A DNA stretch of 64,000 nt from the human T2T-CHM13v2.0 reference genome, Homo sapiens. The notes under the pieces were generated by a model, which worked only from the letters and a program-made list of their open reading frames with translations, ran no database searches and was not told the DNA's origin. This document shows, piece by piece, positions 53,821 to 64,000 of the stretch. The translations under genes and the position numbers were made by a program. Location of the stretch: the NCBI RefSeq assembly GCF_009914755.1, contig NC_060934.1. The stretch is one strand, 5' to 3'. Numbering within the stretch: position 1 is the first letter of the stretch; each line of letters starts with the position of its first letter.

Positions 53821-56329
53821 CAGCTCCTTTTCCTCAGGGAGAGTGGACCTTCCGGAGTGAGGAGTGGGGCAGAGGCTAGACAGGGGCATATAGGAAGGGA
53901 CAGGTTTGGAGCAGGGTCTCTTATAGGGTCAAGCTCTGTGGGCAGCATGTGTGTGACACACATGCTTTGCCTATTTCAAGCAGCTACTCTTAAAAGGCAA
54001 AGTAAAGAGGGAAAAAAAGAGAGACATGTCCTGAAATGACTTCAGATTACTTAATATTGCACCTGAGAAATAGGTGCAATATTTGTAGGCTCTAAAATCG
54101 TTTCCTCTTCTAGTATGGACTTTTTTTAAATGACAAAGGATCACAAAACTTACAAGACAGCAAGAATTGTCCACCCAGCCCCTGGTGGACACCTAAACAT
54201 GGCTGGGTTTATCATTCCAACCCCTTCAGGGTGAGTCCCTCTGAGTGCCTGCCCTTCCCCCTATTGTTTTGGGGGTTCTTTTGCAGTTGAGGGGTGGGGT
54301 TAATTTCAAATGTCGATTTAACAGACTACCAGGACTAAAATGCTAGAACTCTTTCAAAGAAACTTACATTATATGAAGGCACTGACAGTTTGGTGATGTT
54401 CATCACAGCAGATAGCATTACTTATGCTGACACAAGATGTGATCTCTTGTATAAGAGGAATACATGAAGGAAAGGAAAAGAGCATGTTGGAAATGACCTC
54501 AGCTTTTCAGTACTGTAATAGTAGATCAGTTTTAATAAACAAGGAAAACATTCAGTTTTTCACACTGGTGAAAATTATTCAAGCAGCTAGCACACCTTGC
54601 CTGTGGCCGCCTTTCCTGTGGTCAGTACAGGAAACTCTTCAGTTCTCGTCTAACCCTTCTCCAATTTTCAATTGCCTCAGTTTGCCATATTATCTTCTTA
54701 GCAATGCCAACACGCTCACCTGGGTCTGCCATTGGCCATCCACCTGAAACTGCTCCTCTGCAGAGGCCACCTGTGGCCACTGGCTACGTAAGAACTTGCC
54801 TCCAATGCTGGCCACATCACCATGTTAATGGATCATAGTGAATAACCGTAGGAAGTTGTCTCCCCAGAGAAATAACAACAGAAATATTAGAGCCAATGGT
54901 TTGCTTGTAAAATAGATTCCAGATTATTTCAAAAGGCCAACTATACACCTGGCAACAAAACACTCTTATGGCAATTTAAAAACTATAGAGCTAAGGGAAT
55001 TTTTATGCCTCAGCCAACTGTTTTGACTGCTTTTAATTAAATACAAATGAAATAATTGACATAAAGTGCCATGAGGTAATTATTTTGTTGGCATTTTGTC
55101 TCTTTGGAGGCAAACTGTTTACTGCATTGATCATCTAGAAAATTCTTTAATTCAGTTGGAGCCAGTTGTAACATAGCTAAAGAGGTAATATCAACTTAAG
55201 GTAATCAAGAACTCTTATGTGAATATCGCATTTGTATTAACAGCACACATTTTAGATCCAAGCACAGTGCTATTTTTATACTTCTTTATCCCTGGGCCAT
55301 TGCTGTGAGATGTGGGATGTTAATTATTTTTTTTCTGATTAGATATTTTAAATAAATGAATAAATTACAACAAAATGATGTTTATCTGAGGTTTTAGCAA
55401 CTTAATTGTTATTTCTCATTTTTGCAATAATCAGAATTTTTATTTTCTTTCCCAAAATGTACATAAGCCCAACAAGAGTGCATCTGGCTCATTGGCAAGA
55501 CCTTAAGATATTCTTCCATCCACAAAGTCATCAGAGAATGTCATCATGGACCCACACAAGTTTCTTCACATTTTTGCATAGATGGAGTCAATCTTGGCTT
55601 TGCATCTTATAATAACCATTTAAAATACTAGTCTAACTTAGATTCAATATTAAATTTATAGTCACTATGAACATTGGTTAGCTTTCCAATAATTTCTAAA
55701 GGTCTGAGGTGAATGTTCAAATGAGATGAGACGTTCATTTGGGTCTGAAAAGTCAGCTATTCTGAATTTTTCGGTGGCGTGTGGCCAAGGATCACGCAGG
55801 TGTTCAACTGGGTATAGGAACAGCCAGCACGATGCTGAGTGCCTTCTAGGAGACAACCTTTCTCCCAGTGGTGCGCACGAGGGTTTGTCTGTATATTTAT
55901 TAGAGGCATAATACAAAATAGTTCTCCAGCTTAAGAAAAGTTTTGGGATCATTAGGAAACTCCCCAGTCAACTTGAATTAAATTCTTATTTAGAAACTCT
56001 AGGGCTGCAGTCTAAAAGGGTCAGCACCCGCGTAGTCTGAAATAACTAAGAAGGTGTCGTAACTAGAGCATTCAAAAGAGACATCTATGTGCTAGTTTGG
56101 CTATTTGTAATAGGTGGTTTAATAATCAGATCAGAAGCCAGCTTTGTAAGCTTAATATTTTTAATTGTGGTTCTGGCTTGATAAATTATCTTGATGAACT
56201 AGCTGATTGGTCCAAGTTCAAATAGCTTAAAAAGAAAGAAATGGCTTAGGCTCCTAGCCAATATATTCAGAACAAAACCAAACTGTTTGCCAGCTTCCCA
56301 AACTATTGCAATCAAAACCAGACAAAAGA

Positions 56330-56680
56330 AGGAGAAGATACCTTCTGCAACCTGCCAACATTTTAACCGGCGCGATTCTTCCGCTGAGCGCGCGCCTCAG
56401 CCAGAAGTTGGAGTGCCAGGCCAAGAGCGCACGCTCTGGCTGCAGCTCCGCGCTGACTCTTCAAATGATTGTCGTTTTTTCCTCTCCTGCTGCCAACTGC
56501 TCCCGGAGCTCACCAGCCTGTGTTCTGAAGCCAACAGTTCATAGTAAACCTTGCAATATCTCATGCAATCGTAATGCAATTAGTGAGGCGCGCGCTCCTG
56601 CTGGGCCTCTCCCCTCCACGCTCTGAGCCCCCAAAGAAGTCAATCACCGTGCCAATTTCAAGGGGCTCCGAGCTGGGCAA
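56330..56680. promoter_or_regulatory. CpG-retaining unique element, candidate enhancer/CNE
   Basis: Cluster of CpGs (CGCGCG twice) in a CpG-depleted window, with no repeat similarity that I recognise. Confidence 0.45.
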
Positions 56681-57039
56681 GGGAGGCTCAGGCTGCCCTG
56701 CACTTTGTCATTTCTGCTGCCTCCACCGACTCCTCCTTTCAGCAGCACAGAAGGTGGCTCCGGTGTGATGGCTTTCCAAACACCACTGGAGAGGCCACAG
56801 CTCCCTGGTCAAACTATTTCCAAGTCAACTCTTGTGAGAAACAGAGCACAACCAGTTTCTCCAGACTGTGTACGCTTGCAAATGAAGCTCTGAAGGTGAA
56901 TGAATTTGCATCGGGCAATTCATCCGGCAAATTCAAGGGATAATCAATTTCCAAATTACCTCCCTCCCTGGTCCATTGAATCCTGTATTTTCTTTCTGAT
57001 GATTTGTATCTGGTGCATCCCCAACCTTGTGCTTGAATA

Positions 57040-58345
57040 TATTTTATTGATCACTTACAGCACTGAGCACCCAGACTGGGGTTTTCAAATACCCATCCTT
57101 ACTAAAAAGAGCTAGGGGTCTTTGGACACATGGTGATTCTAAGGCTCAAGCCAGAAAAGATGATCCTGGAAGAGCTTTTGTGCTAGAAAGTCAGAAAGTG
57201 TTTAGAAAATGATGGAGACATGTCAATACAACACAGAACCAGTTTGGAGTGGCTCTTGTTGGCCAAACCCAGGCAATTCGAACCACAGAATTACATTGAT
57301 AGCAATAGACTAAAACTCATTGATCTATAAGTCTGTACTGATATAGATGAATTAGTAAATAAATGAGGGGAAGAAAGACAGCTCCTCTTCACAGTTGATT
57401 GACAAGTAGAAGAAATGCTGGTGATTTTGCAATCATCATAGTAATGATTGAATTGGGCATGAATCCTCAAATGGATGCCAAAACTAATGGATGAAACTTG
57501 GATGAGAAATAGGATATTGACACCTTCTTAAAGTATGTTCCCACAAATTACTTATTACTATCAGAGAAAGAGTAAATTTACAATGGAGAAATCTGGCAGA
57601 CCCCACCCTAGCCAAGTAGCCAAAGTTACTATCATCTATATTGGAACAAAGTGACCTCATGGTTTCTCCTGATACGAAACACTGGGAAGGGCACCATGTC
57701 ACTTCTGTGATATTCCTGCCGAAAATGCAAAATCTGAACCCAAGCATTCAGAAAATATCACACAAACGCAGATCGAAGAACATTCTACAAAATAACTAGT
57801 CTATACTTTTCAAAAATATCAAGGTCAAGAAGATTTTTAAAAAGACTATGAAACAATTCAGGAACTATCCAGGCTAGAATTGAGATACTAGAACCCACTT
57901 ATGGGAAAATATGTATGGCTCTAAAGAACATTATTAGTGCATTTGATGAAATTTAAAAATGGACTATGCATCAATGTTAAAGTTATTCTTTCTCATAATT
58001 ATACTGTGTGTAACAGAATTTTCTTGTTTTTAGAAATTACTTTTAAAGTGGTTTTTGGAATAAATGCAACATGATATCTATCACTTATTCTCAATGCATT
58101 CAGAAAAAATATGTGTGTGTGTATTCATGTATGCTTGTATACATGCATGGGTATGAATATGGTGCATGTGTATTAGTATATATATATGCACATGTGTGTT
58201 TGTGTGTATGTATGTCTATAGATATGTATGACAGAAAGACAGTTGAATAGGGCAAAATGTTAGCAATCAACAATCCTGGATAAATTTGGCAGTTCTTTGC
58301 AACTTCTGTATGGGTTGGAAATTATATCAAGTAAAAGTCTCAAAA
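57040..58345 (+). mobile_element. L1MC(4/5)-like 3' UTR
   Basis: tcccacaaattacttattact...tttacaatggagaaatctggcagac...gtcacttctgtgatattcctgcc...ttctttgcaacttctgta. Confidence 0.85.
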
Positions 58346-58691
58346 GTTGCACTTAAATTTAGCATCCATTTGAGGATTCATGACTAATCCAGTCATTACT
58401 ATGATGATTGCAAAATCACCAGCATTTCTTCTACTTGTCAATCAACTGTGAAGAAGAGCTGTGCTTCTTCCCCTCATTTATTTATTAATTCATCTATATC
58501 AGTACAGACTTACAGATCAAATTAGCAGCATCATTAAATATTTTGCCCAGCGAAGAGTGTCCGAAAAGGCTCCCCACACAGTAGGACACAAACCTCAGAC
58601 ACTGTTTACACTCAGGCAGCGGGGAAAAGAAAGTCCTGGAGACTGACTCCATGAGGAGTGAAATCCATGGAAAGCATTAGTGAGTCAACCC

Positions 58692-58916
58692 AGTGGTTCT
58701 CAACCAGGGTGGTTTCATCCTTCCTGGGTGCATTTGGCAATGCCTGGTGACATTTTTGTTACACTTTTGATACACTTGGGGATGGGAGTGATGCTACTTG
58801 CATCTAGTAGGTAGGGGCCAGAGAAGCTGCGCAATATTCTACAATGCACAGGACAGCCCCTGCAACAAAGAATATCTAGTCTAAAATGCCAATTTTGCCA
58901 AAGATGAGAAACCCTG
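58692..58916 (+). mobile_element. MER20 hAT-Charlie
   Basis: cagtggttctcaacc...ctacttgcatctagtaggtaggggccag...tacaatgcacaggacagcccc...gagaaaccctg. Confidence 0.9.
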
Positions 58917-59051
58917 AGCTAAACAATTGATTTTCAACAACTACATGGTTATAGATTGAATTTCAAAGAAATTTAATTTCATAAATTAGAACAGTTTAAT
59001 AAACCCTAGAAATATATTCAGAATTTTTCAGTTATATAAATGAAAGATTTC

Positions 59052-59130
59052 TGTGTTGCCCAGGCTGGCCTCAAACACCTAGCCTCACCTCCTTATGTGC
59101 CGGGACAACAGGCCTGAGCCACGGCGGCCT
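59052..59130 (-). mobile_element. Short Alu-monomer (FLAM/FAM-like) fragment
   Basis: tgttgcccaggctggcctcaaac...acaggcctgagccac. Confidence 0.7.
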
Positions 59131-59419
59131 GCTATATTTGGAATTTATAATTCCTGCCATTTTTAAGGCTGATGAGAATAAATATTAATCAAAAGGCAAG
59201 AAAATGTTTCTAACTTAAGAATGAAAGAAATTTTCAAGCTATCATTGAAGGGAATAAGAGATATATGCTTTTCCTAAATTTAGGAATTTAATATAGATCT
59301 ATACATTAATATAGATGTATAGATATAGCCATTTTGTGAAGGAAAAATAATAGCCGGAAAGTAATGTGATTGGACACTCTTGTTTTCTAATGTCTTTGAA
59401 TCTTAAAATCTAAGATGAA

Positions 59420-60090
59420 TAAATTTTTAAGTTTTCTAAATAGTCTTCTTTACTTTGTGTTGTTATTTGAAATGGCGTAGATGCTTCTGTCCTATGGACA
59501 ATCGCAAGCTGTCTAAATGTGGTTCCTTTTAAGCACACTGAATTTTTTACAACTGGCAGTCTCCATTATTTTTTTAAACTGCAAATCTAATTCAAATTGG
59601 TGATCACACTATGGAGAAAATGCAACTAAATAACAATAATGCATTTTGAGGAGTTGAGTCCAATTTCGGTGGCGTGCTAAAATGCCCTCATCAAGACATG
59701 CGATAACACTCTCAGTGCAGCTGATGCCAGGAAGCCATTCCCAAAATGAGTTCAGACGTAATTGCAGCCTTTGACATCCTCAATGTTAGGCTCCTTCTAA
59801 ATCATCTTGAAAAATATGTTGGTCTTTCAGGTTCGGTTATTTGGTTGCTTAAATCTTATTATAATCATCAACAACAGTTTGTTAATATAATTTCTTTCCA
59901 TTCCCCCTCTTACATTGTCATCTGGAGTCATCTGTTACATTGTCATCAGGAATCCCAAAGGGAACTGGGTCTTGCTACCATCCTTTTCTTTATCTAAGTG
60001 CTGCCTTTAAGAACTACACCACCATATCTTTAAAAACACAGATGCTCTTATCGTATTTCAGCTGACAATGGGCCCGCGTGTTTTCCTGTT
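59420..60090 (+). mobile_element. Ancient L2/CR1-clade LINE reverse-transcriptase fossil
   Basis: Frames ALIKTCDNTLSAADA, DVIAAFDILNVRLLLNHLEKYVGLSGSVIWLLKSY...QQFVNI and LGLATILFFI follow the RT motif order. Confidence 0.75.
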
Positions 60091-61359
60091 CCCAGCACTT
60101 ACACACTCGACTGGTACACTCATCTGTTATTTATACAAAACTAACTCAGGGTTTTGTTGTCTTGAAACTTTTTAATGTTAAAATTCAGAATTGTTTGGTT
60201 TATTCTACCTTCTACCTCCTAAAAAAATTCATAAGATTATTGCTGTTTTTCATGAATATTTCAGATTTATTGACTGATCTAGCATGGGTACGTAGGTATT
60301 TTCTACAGTCAGTGGAATAACCAGTTATTGGAATTCGAATGTGTGCCCTGGACACCTACACATCACCAGTGCCAACACAGATACTGCATTTCCTTCTGCC
60401 TCTCTGGTTTGAGCATCCAAAGAAAAAAAAACACCAAGCCTGCCTTCCTCACATGAAGACAAAAGGAGTGGGGTAGAAGAGAAGAACAATCTATTTTGCA
60501 TCTGCTGTTCATTGGGTAGTGTTCTAGGTATTTTAAATACACGCCTGTTTTTTTCTTCTGGTTTGAAATGGCACCTGGCTAGCAGACCTGATACAGCCTG
60601 TACCTATCTTTGACCCTGTTTTCAGAACATTATATTCCCATAAACTAGCACATGAGGAGTTTTCAAAACTATTTGTTAAATAAATGATGTATATCTGTGA
60701 AGACACTTACAAAGCAACTTTAAAAATATTGAAAGCACCACAGTACTTCTGAAAACTAAGATGAATTAAGAGCTTAATGGCAGACTCCGGGTAAATCTCA
60801 AAAAATGAGTCAAATGCAACTCTACTTTTAAAATCAACAATCAATCAACACCCCCTTATACAGGTTTTGCCTCATGAAAAACTCAGGCTGTGGTTCACAA
60901 GAAAGATTCCGGCTGCAGAAAGCCGGGAGCACATTGGAAGAACCCATCATCACTCCAAGCAGAGCACTTGAAGAGAAGGCCTGGTGCTCTTTCACATGAG
61001 CTAAAAGTCAGAAACCCCCAGAAAATAACAGAACAAGGTGTGGGATGTATGGTGCACATGGTATCCTGGTTTACAAACTCAGGAGCAGATGCAGGAAAAA
61101 TGCTTAGTGCAATGCCAGCTGGAAGGAAGTGTTTCTGCGCACCTTGCTCACTTACCACACTAGGTGAGAAGAGGGTGTATGTGAACATAGACAGATGCAT
61201 GCTCAATGATGCCCCCTAGTATCTAAGGACTCAGTGGGACCCTGAGTCCAGCCACCTTCCCTCCACCAGTGGAGAAAGGTCCCTGTCTCCACCCACTTTT
61301 CTGGGCAGCTGAAGCATTGAGACTGGGGAGCTCTTTCTTCTTTTATTTCATCTTTTTGT

Positions 61360-62700
61360 TTCAATCAGAAATATAAATAAAAAATACAACACGAGGCAAC
61401 TCTAAAAGCACAACACAGTAAGACATCAAGAATCTTGTTCTCAACTTAGAGAAAAAGCATCCTTCTGGCTGGTAACCACAACATAAATTAGAAGTGAGCC
61501 CCTGGAATTCATTCAGCATACTCAAGAGCTCAAAACTCAACTCCAGTGAAAAAGGACAGGAAATTAAAGCCAACAAGATTAAAAAAATAAGAATATGGCT
61601 GGACATGTGGCTCATGCCTGTAATCCTAGTACTTTGAGAGGCCAAGGCAGGTGGATCACCTGAGATCAGGAGTTCAAAACCAGCCTGGCCAACATAGTGA
61701 AACCCCATCTCCACTGAAAATACAAAATTTGGCCGGGTGTGGTGGTGCACACCTATAGTCCTACTATAGCTACTCAGGAAGCTGAGGCAGGAGAATTGCT
61801 TGAACCCAGGAGGTGGAGGTTGCAGTGAGCTGAGACCATGCCATTGCACTCCAGCCTGGGCAACAGAGTGAGACTTGGTGTCAAAAAAATAGTAATAAAA
61901 AATAATAATATGAAAGGAGAGAATGAACAAAGAGAGAGAAATGAGTAAAGAAAGGGATACAAAAGATTAAAAGTGCAACAGGATTTAAAGCCATGTTGTA
62001 GACAGTGAACCACAGAACACCTGACCATGACTATGGCATACGTATTTGGGATTCTCTTTTGAACAGAGAGAAAAAGGACAAAGAAATGAAAATGATGAAA
62101 GAAAAGAGCATGATCAATGAGCACAGATAACAGTCTAAACATACAAAAATTAACTGGTGGTCTAGAAGGGATCTCTTGTCCCTCCAAAGAACAGAAGTTA
62201 TCAAACGTTACCCTCTCTAACTAAAAGAGCAGCAATGATGTGGGCTTGCTGATTTAGAAAGTTCACAGTGTTTCATGTAAAAGCCATCGGTGAGAGGCAT
62301 ATTTATATATCCTCCAGCAAGTGATGAAAAATTGCAAGGAGAAGGAAGAAAGCACATCCTGCCTTTCTCTGGATAAAACAGAGTTTATCTACATAAAAGA
62401 GCAATGACAGATGGCCTCCAAGTCATCCTTTAGAACATGCAGTGCCAGACTGGGAGCAGAATCTTAACAAGTCAGAGGGAAAAAAAGTTATATCTTACAA
62501 ATAGGACCAGCCAAGTGATATGTTGTTGGTGAAGCAATTATATTTTTTTCAGCTGGATTGAATTTAATTAATACTTTTTCCATTGAAAGTCACAATGTGA
62601 CCATAAGGATAAAAAGAACTCACATTAAGAAGAAAAGAGAGTAACAGACATACAATGACAAAATAGAGTAGAGTTGACTAAAAGCACGACAAGCAAAAAT
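61360..62700 (+). mobile_element. HAL1 / old L1 ORF1-like element, split by an Alu
   Basis: A-rich; aacagtctaaacatac...; atggcctccaag...agtgccagactgggagca...ccagccaagtgata. Confidence 0.55.
61597..61900 (+). mobile_element. AluS
   Basis: Dimeric Alu; TSD-like aaaaaataa(g/t)aatat on both sides. Confidence 0.95.
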
Positions 62701-63019
62701 ATTTACAGATCACTCTTCTTCAGCCTTTTCTAAAGCAACAAATCTAAACAGTGCTATGCCTTATGCTGCTTTTTTTGTTGTTGGTGAAGCAATTCTGAGG
62801 GCCATTCATTATTCTATCAACTTATTTATTAACAAAACATAGAAACTGATGAACTAATCCCTTCACTTAGAAACAAGAGGAAATCAGAACAAATACCTAG
62901 TATACTAAATAAGATACCAATAAATTAAAACAGAAAAATCAATAAAATAAGTCCAAATCTAGTTTGTTGTCAAGATCTTTTTAATTTTAATCCACCCAAA
63001 ATTTAAATAAAAATTATAT

Positions 63020-63329
<310 letters not shown>

Positions 63330-63634
63330 CTAGATCAATTTGGCCACTTTCATTTGATAATAAACCCATGTATCAAATGTTACACTTAATTTTAAGATAA
63401 TATTTGAATAGCAGTGAGGCTGGAGAAACTTTCCCAAGTAAAACCCAAAAGGAACACAGGAAAAGGGAGTTAGCTCACCTTTAAATATTTTAAATAACTG
63501 TGTGCCATATGATGCCACAATGTAGAAAGACAAATGATAACCTTCTTGACTACCCACATAATAGACAAATATCTGTATCCCTAAATCACTAAGAACTTCT
63601 GCAAATGTATAGGTAGAAGAGTAAAGAGTAAGTA

Positions 63635-64000
63635 AAAAAAAAAAAAAAAAAAACAACAAATGGACAGATATCTAGACTGACAATTCAAAGAAAAGAAAAT
63701 TCAAATAATTATCAATAAATATGTGGTCAAGGACATGTAAATTGAAGCAGTGAGGAGATCTCATTCATTTTACACACTAGCACAAATTATGAATATCGGT
63801 AACATTCAGTGTTAGCAAGAACATTAGGAAAAGGACATTCTCAGGCAGTGCAGTTAGGAAAATGAATCATTACAAACTTTAAATGAAATAAACTAGCATT
63901 ATCTATAAAAGGTTAAAGTCATGTTTTCTCTTAACCAGCCATGTTTTCTTCTGGATATTTACCCTATACAATAAAAATTTCAGCATGCATATTTATCTGT
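63635..64000 (+). mobile_element. Old L1ME ORF2 3' fragment
   Basis: aaatggacagatatctagactgacaattcaaagaaaag...cagtgttagcaaga. Confidence 0.7.

Noticed and set aside
59298-59326. 10-bp hairpin atctatacat...atgtatagat
   Set aside because: Lies in TA-rich low-complexity sequence where such stems are common
61361-62187. Longest ORF (189 aa) and the overlapping 137-aa ORF
   Set aside because: Antisense Alu plus T-rich antisense LINE sequence

Overview
Primate (human-like) non-coding DNA from a gene desert or large intron. Alu and THE1 elements establish the primate origin. I can support no protein-coding exon, tRNA, rRNA or CRISPR array; the recognisable ORFs are decayed transposon frames or Alu/microsatellite artefacts. 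Much of the window is recognisable repeat: Alus, MIRs, L2, old L1M/HAL1, MaLR LTRs, an ERVL 3' half with its MLT2B LTR, a full-length Tigger1 with nested insertions, and MER20/81/103/5 relics. Several kb-scale repeat-free blocks rich in homeodomain/FOX/SOX motifs look like enhancer-type conserved non-coding elements. The most notable structures are: (i) two independent inverted copies of LINE segments, each ~0.8-0.9 kb downstream of its source (8564-9591 and 57320-58520, the latter ~94% identical); (ii) an ancient, fish-like L2-clade reverse-transcriptase fossil at ~59.4-60.1 kb; (iii) a CpG-retaining element at 56.37-56.60 kb with a perfect 14-bp CGCGCG inverted repeat. Repeat subfamily names come from recalled consensus sequences, not a database search.
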